The notes: a model not told the origin generated them from the sequence alone. DNA of 64,000 bases from Alphaproteobacteria bacterium (GCA_016869765.1 VGES01000002.1:59964-123963), one strand, 5' to 3'; shown: positions 9,927 through 18,858, counted from the stretch's first letter. Translations and numbers: made by a program.

Positions 9927-10751
9927 ATGACGATATCCGTTCATCGACTACACGAGTCGCTCGGCGCCGAGATTCGCGGCATCGACCTTTCGCGCCCGCT
10001 CGACGATACGTCTTTCGCGACGATCGCGACGGCATTCCTCGATCACCAGGTGATCGTGCTCCGCGGCCAACAGCTTCCGCCGGAACGGCACATCGCGTTG
10101 ACGCGACGCTTCGGCAATCCCGAGATTCACATCCTCGAGCAGTTTCACCTCGTGGGGCATCACGAAATCCTCGTGCTGTCGAATCGCAAACATGCCGACG
10201 GCACCCCTGTCGGTCTCGAAGATGCCGGTCGGTATTGGCACACCGATGTCTCGTTCTGGCCCGAACCTTCCACGGCCTCACTGCTCTATTCGCTTGAGGT
10301 GCCACCCGAAGGCGGCGACACGATGTTCACCAACCAGTACGCCGCTTACGACGCGCTACCGGACGAACTGCGGCGCCAGCTCGATGGACGTCGCCTGTTG
10401 CACGGTCTCAACCGGGTCGTCGCCCCGAAGTTCACCGACGAACAACTCGCTCGCGTCGTCCCGGTTTCCCATCCGGCATTCCGCACGCACCCGGGCACGG
10501 GGCGCAAGGCCGTGTTCGCCGGAGCCTTCGCCATGGGAATCGAGGGCATGACCGACGCCGCGGCACGTCCGATCCTCGATGCCCTCTACGCCCATTGCGG
10601 GGAGGATCGCTTTCGCTACGTGCACCGTTGGCGAGCCGGCGACCTCGTGATGTGGGACAACCGCTGCGTCCTGCACCACGCCACCCCGTTCGATCCTGCA
10701 TATGCACGGCACATGCACCGAACGACCGTATCCGGCGGTCGACCGATCTGA
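9927..10751 (+). CDS. TauD/TfdA family Fe(II)/2-oxoglutarate-dependent dioxygenase
   Basis: MTISVHRLHESLGAEIRGIDL...HTDVSFWPEPSTASLLYSLEVPPEGGDTMFTN...HHATPFD; HxD...H facial triad context. ATG 9927 is in frame with track ORF 9744. Confidence 0.85.
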   Translation: MTISVHRLHESLGAEIRGIDLSRPLDDTSFATIATAFLDHQVIVLRGQQLPPERHIALTRRFGNPEIHILEQFHLVGHHEILVLSNRKHADGTPVGLEDAGRYWHTDVSFWPEPSTASLLYSLEVPPEGGDTMFTNQYAAYDALPDELRRQLDGRRLLHGLNRVVAPKFTDEQLARVVPVSHPAFRTHPGTGRKAVFAGAFAMGIEGMTDAAARPILDALYAHCGEDRFRYVHRWRAGDLVMWDNRCVLHHATPFDPAYARHMHRTTVSGGRPI

Positions 10752-10783
10752 CGGTCCCGACCGATTCTCCCGAGGAGGCCCCC

Positions 10784-11620
10784 TTGACGACCGTCACGCT
10801 TCGCGATGGTTCCGTGGTCTGGTACCGGCGTCTCGGTCAGGGGCCGGCGATCCTGCAGATCCACGGCTCGGCTTTCGGCCACCGCAACTTCGAGAAGCTC
10901 ACCCCCGAGATGCAGCATGGCTGCGAGGTCATCGACTTCGACCTACCGGGGTTCGGCGACAGCCGACCGGGGAAAACCCCGTTTCGCAGCATGGAGGATC
11001 TCGCTGCCCTCGTGGCCGAGGTGATCCGAGCCCTCGGGCTCGAACGTGTCCATGTCCACGGGACGTCCTATGGCGCAATGATCGGCCTGGCGCTCGCCGC
11101 CCGTCACCCGGAGGTTGTCGATCATCTCGTGCTGAGTTGCTTCATCGCGCGCTGGGACCGGGCCGCTGCGATGATGCGGGCGACCTGGAAGCGGGCCGCA
11201 AAGGATAGCGGCATGTCGGCCGTCGCCGATCTCACCGCTGTGGTGGGCTTCGCGCGCAGTTACTTCGAGCGACCCGAGGCTCAGGCGCAACTCGAGTCGA
11301 TGCGCGAGGCCTTCAGCCGAACTGCGCCCGCGGCGTTCATCGCGAGCGTCGAGGCGGCCGAGCGGGCCGACCTCACGCCGTTTGCGCGCCAGATCCAGGC
11401 GCCGACGCTCATTCTGGCGGGAGAAAACGACGCCATGACTCCGCTACACGCGGCGGCCAGCGGTGTCGGACTCGCCGAAGCCGCCAAGTTGATCCCGGGT
11501 TGCAAAGAGGTCCACGTCGTCAAAGACAGCGGCCACTACCTCGTAATCGAGCAGCCCGCGGCCGTCGCGAGAAAGATCCGGGCGTTTCTCGGAGTCGCCG
11601 ATCCGGGGAATCGGGCCTGA
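10784..11620 (+). CDS. Alpha/beta hydrolase fold protein
   Basis: HGSAFGHRNF...VHGTSYGAMIGLALAARHPEVVDHLVL (GxSxG nucleophile elbow)...DSGHY. A TTG start at 10784 is preceded by a GAGGAGG ribosome-binding site. An ATG further upstream would overlap the TauD gene. Confidence 0.75.
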   Translation: MTTVTLRDGSVVWYRRLGQGPAILQIHGSAFGHRNFEKLTPEMQHGCEVIDFDLPGFGDSRPGKTPFRSMEDLAALVAEVIRALGLERVHVHGTSYGAMIGLALAARHPEVVDHLVLSCFIARWDRAAAMMRATWKRAAKDSGMSAVADLTAVVGFARSYFERPEAQAQLESMREAFSRTAPAAFIASVEAAERADLTPFARQIQAPTLILAGENDAMTPLHAAASGVGLAEAAKLIPGCKEVHVVKDSGHYLVIEQPAAVARKIRAFLGVADPGNRA

Positions 11621-11651
11621 TCCGCCCATAGCTCCTCACGGCAGTCGCTGT

Positions 11652-11736
11652 GAGGAGCTGGCGAAACGGTAGACGCAGCGCATTGCCAGTGCGTGGGGGC
11701 ACCTGTCCCGTAAGGGTTCGAATCCCTTGCTCCTCA
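11652..11736 (+). tRNA. tRNA-like gene with type II (long variable arm) Leu/Tyr-like scaffold but anticodon GCC (Gly); possible noncanonical or pseudo tRNA
   Basis: Manual cloverleaf fold. Acceptor GAGGAGC/GCTCCTC with discriminator A73. 3-bp D stem GCG/CGC with loop AAACGGTAGA (Leu-like). Anticodon stem GCGCA/TGCGT with loop TTGCCAG. 17-nt variable arm. T arm AAGGG-TTCGAAT-CCCTT. No encoded CCA. Not run through tRNAscan. Confidence 0.35.
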
Positions 11737-11873
11737 CACCTCCACGTTCTAGCCTTCGTCGAGGTTCCTCCGAGGGGCGCGACTGGCCGTATCGGGACGA
11801 TTGCCCGCCGCCGCGCCCACTGGCACCACCGATCCCAAGAGCGCCGGCCAAGGCCGAGGAATCGCCCGCGCTC

Positions 11874-13274
11874 CTATTTTGCGACCAGCTTGGCCGCGTT
11901 CTCTCCCGCCAAACGCCCGAGATTGGTCGCCATGAACAAGCCTGACCCCGACAGATAGCCCCAATCGGACGGCCCGGAGAGACCACGAGCAGCACCGCCT
12001 CCGGCGAACAAATTTGGGAACGGCTTGCCGTCCATCTTGAGAACCCGGGCTTCGGTGTTCACTTCGAGGCCGCCCTGCGTGTGAAACAGCGCCCCCATGA
12101 TCTTGGCCATGTAGTAGGGCGCCTTGAGCGCGGGTTTGGTCGAGAAGTCACGGCCGAAGGAGTCCTTTTTCTTCTTATTGGCGACGTCGGCCACGTCGCC
12201 GAGGGTGGCGCCGAGCGTCGCGGCGTCGCAGCCGATCACCCTGGCCATTTCGGCCACCGAATCGTAGCGCTTGATTGCTCCGGCTTTGAGCGCCTCCTGG
12301 TGGCTGTGCATCTGGATCGCAACGTCCTGGCAACGCGCGTCCCAGATCGTCCACGCCACATGTTCGGGCTGACGCACGACATTGAGCGCCTGTTCCGAAT
12401 ATCCGGCGTTTTCGTTCGAGAAGCGCTTGCCGTATTTGTTGACCTGAAATCCGCCTTCGGTGATCGACGGCCAGCCCAGATGAATCGCATGCGGCGTGCA
12501 AACCGCGCCGTGACCCTGGAACGATCCCATGTCCTTGATCGAGGCGCCGAGGTCCTCGCCCCATTTCACGGCGTCGCCTTGGTTGCCGACATGACCGTGG
12601 TAATGCGCGTTGACGATCTCTGGAATGTACTTGGCGAGCATCGCCTTGTTACCGCCGTAGCCGTTGCAGGCGAGCACCAAGGCCTTGCAGCCGATGTCTT
12701 CCGCCTTGCCGTCGGGACGCGTGACCCGCACGCCATGAATGCGCTTGGCCGAATCAGCATAGAGATCGGTGACGTACGCCGACGTGGCGATGGGGATCCC
12801 TTCCTTCTCGACCGCCGCCACGAACACCGTGAGAAGTTCCGCACCGAAGCGCGATGGCGAGGCGTGCATGTGCGGCTTGGAATGGCCGGGATAACGAAAA
12901 TCCAGAATGCACGACAACGGCAGCTGGTAGCGATCGACGAGCCAGTCCACGGTCTTTGCCGATTCCTTGGCGAGAAATCGTGCGAGATCCTGGTCGCATT
13001 CTCCGTGCGCCTTGTTGATGAGGTCCTTGGCCAAGATCTCCGGCGTGTCGTCGAGCAGCCCCGCGGCACGCTGCAGCTTGGTTCCGGCGGCGGGAATCTG
13101 GCCGCCCGACAGCGAGGTGTTGCCACGCGGCTTGGCGTCACGTTCCAGGATCAGCACGTCCGCGCCCGCTTCATTGGCGGCGAGCGCCGCCGTGCAGCCG
13201 CAGGCTCCGGCTCCGATGATCAGCAGGTCGGCGCTGGTGTCGAACGATTTTCCCTCGGCCTTCAGAATCGGCAT
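11874..13274 (-). CDS. FAD-binding flavoprotein of the fumarate reductase/succinate dehydrogenase flavoprotein-like family (TcuA-like/3-ketosteroid dehydrogenase-like)
   Basis: DLLIIGAGACGCTAALAANEAGADVLILER (FAD Rossmann)...C-terminal GLFAGGGAARGLSG... Size ~467 aa. Track start 13289 is the alternative. Confidence 0.75.
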   Translation of the reverse strand: MPILKAEGKSFDTSADLLIIGAGACGCTAALAANEAGADVLILERDAKPRGNTSLSGGQIPAAGTKLQRAAGLLDDTPEILAKDLINKAHGECDQDLARFLAKESAKTVDWLVDRYQLPLSCILDFRYPGHSKPHMHASPSRFGAELLTVFVAAVEKEGIPIATSAYVTDLYADSAKRIHGVRVTRPDGKAEDIGCKALVLACNGYGGNKAMLAKYIPEIVNAHYHGHVGNQGDAVKWGEDLGASIKDMGSFQGHGAVCTPHAIHLGWPSITEGGFQVNKYGKRFSNENAGYSEQALNVVRQPEHVAWTIWDARCQDVAIQMHSHQEALKAGAIKRYDSVAEMARVIGCDAATLGATLGDVADVANKKKKDSFGRDFSTKPALKAPYYMAKIMGALFHTQGGLEVNTEARVLKMDGKPFPNLFAGGGAARGLSGPSDWGYLSGSGLFMATNLGRLAGENAAKLVAK

Positions 13275-13416
13275 GGTGTCCCTCCCCATCGGTTTGCACG
13301 AGCTTGCGAGCCTTTGCCGGCCTGATCAAGGGTCCGGACAACGTGCGGAATCGGTTTGACTCGCTTCCTGCTCCTCGCTTATCCGTCAGAGAACCAGAAG
13401 GCGAGGGGGAACTCCG

Positions 13417-14259
13417 ATGGCCAAGGCCAAAAGCAACACACGTCGCAAGAAGAAAGTCCTGGTGCTCGTCCCATTCCCCATGTCGGGCGAACATCTCGAG
13501 GCGCGACGCGAGCAGAGCGTCAAACTCGATCTCGGGCCGGATATCGAATTCCACTACCGGCCGACGAAATGGGCCGGAACCAACTTCGTCGGCCCCTACG
13601 ATTACGCGCTCGGCGACTTCACCATGCTCGAAGCCGGCCTGTCGGCGCAGGACGACGGCTATGACGCGGTTTGCATCGACACCATGAGCGACTCGGGCGT
13701 CGCAGCCCTGCGCGCGGCGCTCGACATTCCGGTGATCGGGCCGGGTCGCACGACGATCCTCACCGCCATGATGCTCGGCGACAAGTTCGGCATGCTCGTG
13801 ATGTGGGAGCGCTGGCTCGGGCTCTACAAAAAGGTGATGGATGAGCTCGGCGTCTGGCACAAGTATGCCGGCTACCAGTCGATCGGCGTCGCTCCCGACC
13901 GGTTCTCGCTCCTCGGCGGCGAGGAGAAGGTGATCTTCCCTAAGCTGCTGGCGGCGGGAAAGAAACTGATCGAAGAGAACGGCGCCGACGTCATCATCCT
14001 GGGCTCGACTTCGATGCATCAGGCCCACGGATTCCTGTCCGAGAATTTGCCAGTCCCGGTGATCAGTCCCGGCCCCTTGTCCTACGGCATCGCCCAGATG
14101 TTGCTCAACGTGGGCCTCAAGCACAGCCGCAAGTCCTACCCGCAGCCGGTCGCGCGCAGCGATCATTACATCCACACCATGCTCGAGGCCGCGGCCGCCG
14201 AGGCCAAGAAGGGTCCGAAACTGGTCGGCGCCGAAGGCCTCAAGAAGAAAAAGAAATAG
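13417..14259 (+). CDS. Asp/Glu/hydantoin racemase family protein (HyuE-like), paralog 1, with Lys-rich N- and C-terminal tails
   Basis: VLVLVPFPMSGEH...YDAVCIDTMSDSGVAALRAALDIPVIGPGRTT...IILGSTSMHQ. Termini MAKAKSNTRRKKK... and ...EGLKKKKK. Confidence 0.75.
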   Translation: MAKAKSNTRRKKKVLVLVPFPMSGEHLEARREQSVKLDLGPDIEFHYRPTKWAGTNFVGPYDYALGDFTMLEAGLSAQDDGYDAVCIDTMSDSGVAALRAALDIPVIGPGRTTILTAMMLGDKFGMLVMWERWLGLYKKVMDELGVWHKYAGYQSIGVAPDRFSLLGGEEKVIFPKLLAAGKKLIEENGADVIILGSTSMHQAHGFLSENLPVPVISPGPLSYGIAQMLLNVGLKHSRKSYPQPVARSDHYIHTMLEAAAAEAKKGPKLVGAEGLKKKKK

Positions 14260-14282
14260 TCGTCACCCCTGGGGAGGTTCCG

Positions 14283-15098
14283 ATGGCCAAAGTCCTCGTA
14301 CTCGTACCCTTCGCGATGGATCGCAAAGGGGTCGCCAACCGGCGGGCTCAGCTCAAGGGAGTCAAACTCGGGCCCAAGATCGAATTCGACTTCCGTCCGG
14401 TGACCGCCGGGCCGCAAATGTACATGAGCGCCCACGACTTCGCGTTCATGGACATAGCGATCTTCGAAGCGGGCATGGACGCCGAGAAAGAAGGCTATGA
14501 CGCCGTGTGCATCGACACCATGAGCGACTCGGGCATGGATGCGTTGCGTTCGGTCCTCGATATCCCGGTGATCTCACCGGGCAAGGCCTCGATGCTGTTC
14601 GCACTCACGCTCGGCAACAAGTTCGGCCTGATGGCGGCGTGGGAGCCGGCGGCGATCCGGACGCGCAAATTCGTCAAGAGCCTCGGGCTCGATCCGTTTT
14701 GTGCCTCCGTCGAGGTCTATGACGTGCCGCCCGACTACATCAATTTGATGGCCGGCAAGGAAGACAAGACGTTGCCCAAGATGCTCGCGGCGTGCAAACG
14801 GGCCGTCGACAAGGGGGCCGATGTGATGATCCTGGGCTCGACGACGATGCATCAGGCGCACGCCTACCTTTCGGAGAAGCTGCCGATCCCGGTCGTCAAC
14901 CCGGGCCCGCTCACGTACAAGCTCGTCGAGACCGTGCTCGCGATGAAGCTGTCGCACTCGCGCCAGCCCTACCCCAAGCCGATCGTCGGCCATCAGGACG
15001 TGATCCACGCCATGTTCCACAAGGCGGGCGAACTGATGAACTCGCCCACGCTCAAGCTCAAGGAAGAGCTGGCGAAGAAGAAAAAGAAGCGGCGCTAG
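14283..15098 (+). CDS. Asp/Glu/hydantoin racemase family protein (HyuE-like), paralog 2, Lys-rich C-terminal tail
   Basis: Collinear paralog of the previous gene (YDAVCIDTMSDSGMDALRSVLDIPVISPGKAS...MILGSTTMHQ). Ends ...ELAKKKKKRR. Confidence 0.75.
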   Translation: MAKVLVLVPFAMDRKGVANRRAQLKGVKLGPKIEFDFRPVTAGPQMYMSAHDFAFMDIAIFEAGMDAEKEGYDAVCIDTMSDSGMDALRSVLDIPVISPGKASMLFALTLGNKFGLMAAWEPAAIRTRKFVKSLGLDPFCASVEVYDVPPDYINLMAGKEDKTLPKMLAACKRAVDKGADVMILGSTTMHQAHAYLSEKLPIPVVNPGPLTYKLVETVLAMKLSHSRQPYPKPIVGHQDVIHAMFHKAGELMNSPTLKLKEELAKKKKKRR

Positions 15099-15112
15099 CC
15101 CCTCGCCCTACC

Positions 15113-15164
15113 CTCTCCCCGCGCCAAGCGCGGGGAGAGCGGGGACCCGACGCGAAGCGTCGGG
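15113..15164. terminator. Two tandem GC-rich hairpins at a convergent gene junction (putative bidirectional terminator, no U-tract)
   Basis: Perfect 12-bp stem CTCTCCCCGCGC-caa-GCGCGGGGAGAG (15113-15139), followed by an 8-bp stem CCCGACGC-gaa-GCGTCGGG. Lies between the stop of racemase-2 (+) and the stop of the methyltransferase (-). Confidence 0.35.
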
Positions 15165-15180
15165 GGGTGAGGGCTGTTGG

Positions 15181-16359
15181 CTATTTGATCCCCTGAATGA
15201 CGAAGAAGTACTCGTCGCGGCCACGATTCCCCTGCGGGTGGCAATCGGCGCCCTTGGGCTTAAGGCCCAGCGACGTACGGTCCCGCGCCGGATCATCGGC
15301 TCGCCGCATATAGCCCGACGCGGTCGAGGAGAAGCCGATGGCCTTGGCCATGGCGGCCGTGTCAATCGAATTGATCTGCGCCCAGAACGGCTCGGCATTG
15401 TTGTAGGTCTGCCAATCGTGGATCACCTGTTCATAGAGATCCATGTCGCGATAGGGCAGGCCCAGTTCGAGATGCAGCATCATCCCACCCGGCCTGAGCA
15501 GGCGCAGGCATTCGCGCAGAATGTTGGGAACGGCCTTCGACGAGGTTTCGTGGAACAGGAGGTGCGAAACGATCAGGTCAAAGGAGCCCGATGCGAAGTT
15601 GGTCTTCTCGGCGTTCTGTTGCGAGAAATGGATGCGTCGGCCGACCGATTCGGCCCGCGCGTGGGCGTAGCGGAGAAGCGGCGCCGCGACGTCGATCGCG
15701 AACACCTCGGCCTTGGGAAAGTACTTGGGGTAGGGCAACGTGCCCTGTCCGATCGAACACCCGAGGTCGAGAATGCGTTTTGGCGCAAAGCTCGCATAGT
15801 TGGTGCGCAAGTATGAGACGACGGTCCGCCCGCGGGCATCATGCAATGGACCCTGGGTGCCGCAAACGTTGATAAACGTCCCGCGATCGAACAACGCACC
15901 GGTGCGCATGTCATTGCCCGTGACTTCCGCCGTGTAGCCGCCCGGCATGGCGTGGATATCGACCGCCGACATGTAGCGCGGCGGGGACAGCGTCGGGTCG
16001 AGCGTGAGTGTCCCACCAACGCCTTTCACCGTCCGCGAGCGTGCATCGAGCGCCGGCAACTGCCGCGAGACACTTTCTTCGACCGAGTCCCACATCACTT
16101 CCTGGGCGAGGCGCGTGAGCGAGCCCCACATCTGGTGATAGCCGTTTCGCTCCATCGCGGAACGCAGCTCGTGACGCGTCTTGGGTGCGCGCCCATTGGT
16201 GCGTCGGAACGCCGGCAACACTTCGTTTTCGGCGACGTTGCGATTGCCAGGCGTGATATCGCTGGAGATGTGCGACTTGAACGCAAATGTGAACTCCTGG
16301 CGTGCCTGTTCGTCGTGGTTAGCCCGCGGCAAGACGGCATGGACCTGTTGGTTGATCAT
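15181..16359 (-). CDS. Class I SAM-dependent methyltransferase
   Basis: ILDLGCSIGQGT (motif I) and LLRPGGMM (post I/II). ATG 16359 is preceded by GAGGGAG. Track start 16431 is the alternative. Confidence 0.75.
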   Translation of the reverse strand: MINQQVHAVLPRANHDEQARQEFTFAFKSHISSDITPGNRNVAENEVLPAFRRTNGRAPKTRHELRSAMERNGYHQMWGSLTRLAQEVMWDSVEESVSRQLPALDARSRTVKGVGGTLTLDPTLSPPRYMSAVDIHAMPGGYTAEVTGNDMRTGALFDRGTFINVCGTQGPLHDARGRTVVSYLRTNYASFAPKRILDLGCSIGQGTLPYPKYFPKAEVFAIDVAAPLLRYAHARAESVGRRIHFSQQNAEKTNFASGSFDLIVSHLLFHETSSKAVPNILRECLRLLRPGGMMLHLELGLPYRDMDLYEQVIHDWQTYNNAEPFWAQINSIDTAAMAKAIGFSSTASGYMRRADDPARDRTSLGLKPKGADCHPQGNRGRDEYFFVIQGIK

Positions 16360-16523
16360 TGGTGGACTCCCTCGCTTCTGGCCCAAAGGATAGCGCCTGG
16401 CTTCGAATACGCCAATTCGTTGCATTGGCATCGCTGGCGGAGGATCGCTAGTATCGACGGCGATTGGCGGTCAGTGCGCCCGCCGGGAAGCCCGGCGCAC
16501 AACCAGGGGAGGTGATCGGTCTC

Positions 16524-17567
16524 ATGAACAGTAAGATTTCGCGCCGTTCGGCGCTCAAGACGACCGGTGCCGTGTTGGCGGGGGCCGCCAGCGGGGCAAT
16601 GGGATTTCCGGCGTTGGTCCGCTCGCAGCAGCAAAAGCGGCTGCTGAAGCCCGTCGTGGCCGGCCTAAACGGCAAAGAAGGTGACCCGACCTACATGTCG
16701 ATCTCGCTCGTGCCGAAAATTTTGCGCGAGAAGTACGACGTGCAGGTCGACTTCCAGATCCACCCGTCATCGTCGCTCGGCACCGATCTGTCGCAGCTCG
16801 ATGCGGTGCAGACCGGTTTCATCGACATCACATCGAATGTGACGGCGCAGTTCTCGCAGTACGACAGATCGTTCGACGTGCTCGATCTGCCCTACATCGT
16901 CAGCGACTGGGACATGGCGGCGCGAGTCGTCAAGTCCGAGTTGTGGCAGAAGCAATCCAAGGCCTTCGAGTCGAAGGTTCCGGTCAAGGTGTTGCCACCC
17001 GTCGGCGCCGGCGGCTTCCGGTTGTTGTCCAACAACGTCCGCGCGTTGCCGACGCCGGACGCGGTGCAAGGCCTCAAGTTCCGCTCCGTGACCTCGCCGC
17101 TCGACATCGAATTGATCAAGGCGTGGGGTGGCAACCCGACGCCGATGGCGTGGGCGGAGACCTACACCGCCCTGCAGCAGAAGGTCGTCCAGGGTTATCA
17201 CGTGCAACCGATCTGGACCTTCAACTTCAAAGGCTACGAGGTGCTCAAGTACGCGACGGAAGTGAAGGCGATCTTCGCCATTCAGTTCCAGGTCATGAAC
17301 ATGAACACTTGGAAGTCGCTGCCCGAGGCGATCCAGAAGCCGATGATGATGGCCTTCGAGGAGGCGGCGGCTATCGGCAATGCCGAGGACCGCAAGGCCG
17401 AGGACACCTTCAAGGAAGAGCTCAAGAAGAAGGGCATGGAGATCTACACGCCCTCCGCCGCCGAACTCGCGAAGTGGCGCGAGAAGGGCGAGTCGATTTG
17501 GGCCACCGCGGGCAAGGATGTGCCGCGCGGCTTGATCGACGAAGTGCGGGCATTGCGCACGGCCTAG
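16524..17567 (+). CDS. TRAP transporter solute-binding protein DctP family (paralog 1), Tat/Sec signal
   Basis: MNSKISRRSALKTTGAVLAGAASGAMGFPALVRSQQ signal region. The DctP fold is conserved alongside the other two paralogs (LSQLDAVQTGFIDITSN, VKVLPPVGAGGFR). Confidence 0.9.
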   Translation: MNSKISRRSALKTTGAVLAGAASGAMGFPALVRSQQQKRLLKPVVAGLNGKEGDPTYMSISLVPKILREKYDVQVDFQIHPSSSLGTDLSQLDAVQTGFIDITSNVTAQFSQYDRSFDVLDLPYIVSDWDMAARVVKSELWQKQSKAFESKVPVKVLPPVGAGGFRLLSNNVRALPTPDAVQGLKFRSVTSPLDIELIKAWGGNPTPMAWAETYTALQQKVVQGYHVQPIWTFNFKGYEVLKYATEVKAIFAIQFQVMNMNTWKSLPEAIQKPMMMAFEEAAAIGNAEDRKAEDTFKEELKKKGMEIYTPSAAELAKWREKGESIWATAGKDVPRGLIDEVRALRTA

Positions 17568-17590
17568 TTCGCGTCGAATTGGTATGGAAA

Positions 17591-17618
17591 GCGGCGGCCC
17601 TCGGCCGCCGCTTTTTTT
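17591..17618 (+). terminator. Rho-independent terminator after dctP paralog 1
   Basis: GCGGCGGCC-ctc-GGCCGCCGC stem followed by TTTTTTT. Confidence 0.6.
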
Positions 17619-17756
17619 GATTCCCGCCCACGCCTCGTTCACTCAACAAAAACTTGATGGACGGCCTAGCGAAGGGCGGTTAGCGTCCATGGCAAGGTCG
17701 GCCCTGGGTTCCGACCCGCGCGTGTTTTCATCGCAACACTTTGGGAGGAGATATCC

Positions 17757-18803
17757 GTGAGCAACAACAAATTCAGTCGGCGTTCGCTGCTCAAGGGCAG
17801 CGCGACCGTGGCCACGGGCGCCGCCATCGGTGGGCTCGGGTTCCCGGCGCTGGTGCGCTCGCAGCAGCAGAAGAGAATGTTGAAGCCGATCGTGGCCGGC
17901 CTCAACGGTCGGGAAGGCGATCCGACCGACATGTCGATCCGCCTGATCCCGAAGATTTTGAAGGAAAAGTACGACGTCGAGGTGAACATGCAGATTCACC
18001 CAGCCTCGGCGCTCGGCACCGATCTGTCGCAGCTCGATGCGGTGCAGACTGGCTTCATCGACATCACTTCGAATACGACGACCCAGTTCGTGCAGTATTC
18101 GCCGGACTTCGCCTACGTCGATCTCCCCTACGTCATCGCCGACTGGGACATGGCGTTGCGCTACTTCAAGTCCGACCAATGGAACAAGACGGCAGCCAAC
18201 TTCGAGAAGAAGGTTCCGGTCAAGGTGTTGCCGCCGGTCGGCGCGGGTGGCTATCGCATGCTGTGGAACAACGTGCGGGCGTTGCCCGAGCCCGGCGTGG
18301 TCAACGGTCTCAAGATTCGGTCGTCGACAGCCCAACTCGAAATCGATTTGATCAAAGCCTGGGGTGGCAACGCAACGCCGATGGCCTGGACCGAAACCTA
18401 CACTGGCCTGCAGACCAAGGTCGTCCAGGGCTTCCACGTTCAACCGATCTGGACCTTCCAGTTCAAGATGTACGAGCAGCTCAAGTTCGCGACCAAGGTC
18501 CAGGCACTCTACGCCATCCAGTTCCAGGTCATGAACGCGGCTACGTTCAAGGCGATGCCGGAATCGATCCAGAAGCCGTTCCTGCTCGCGGCGCAGGAGG
18601 CTGCCGATATCGCCAACCAGAAGGATCGCGAACTCGAGGCGCACTTCGAGGGCGAACTCAAGAAGGTCGGCATGGAGATCTACACGCCGTCTTCGGCCGA
18701 GATGCAGAAATGGCGTTCCGCCGGCGAAAAGCTCTGGGACGGCGCCAAGGGCATCAACAAGGGTGACGTCGACGCGATGGTCGCGTTGCGCCGCTCGACC
18801 TGA
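17757..18803 (+). CDS. TRAP transporter solute-binding protein DctP family (paralog 2)
   Basis: GTG start preceded by GGAGGAG. MSNNKFSRRSLLKGSATVATGAAIGGLGFPALVRSQQQKRMLKP; ~70% identical to paralog 1. Confidence 0.9.
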   Translation: MSNNKFSRRSLLKGSATVATGAAIGGLGFPALVRSQQQKRMLKPIVAGLNGREGDPTDMSIRLIPKILKEKYDVEVNMQIHPASALGTDLSQLDAVQTGFIDITSNTTTQFVQYSPDFAYVDLPYVIADWDMALRYFKSDQWNKTAANFEKKVPVKVLPPVGAGGYRMLWNNVRALPEPGVVNGLKIRSSTAQLEIDLIKAWGGNATPMAWTETYTGLQTKVVQGFHVQPIWTFQFKMYEQLKFATKVQALYAIQFQVMNAATFKAMPESIQKPFLLAAQEAADIANQKDRELEAHFEGELKKVGMEIYTPSSAEMQKWRSAGEKLWDGAKGINKGDVDAMVALRRST

Positions 18804-18825
18804 CGTCGCTGTCGGTTCGAGGATT

Positions 18826-18858
18826 GGGCCCTGGTGCGAGCCGGGGCCCTTTCTTTTT
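18826..18858 (+). terminator. Putative intrinsic terminator/attenuator after dctP paralog 2
   Basis: GGGCCC-N12-GGGCCC self-complementary stem followed by TTTCTTTTT. Confidence 0.5.

Noticed and set aside
13171-14175. 334-aa minus-strand ORF
   Set aside because: Antisense to the racemase-family paralog 1 and part of the flavoprotein upstream region. Compositionally biased.
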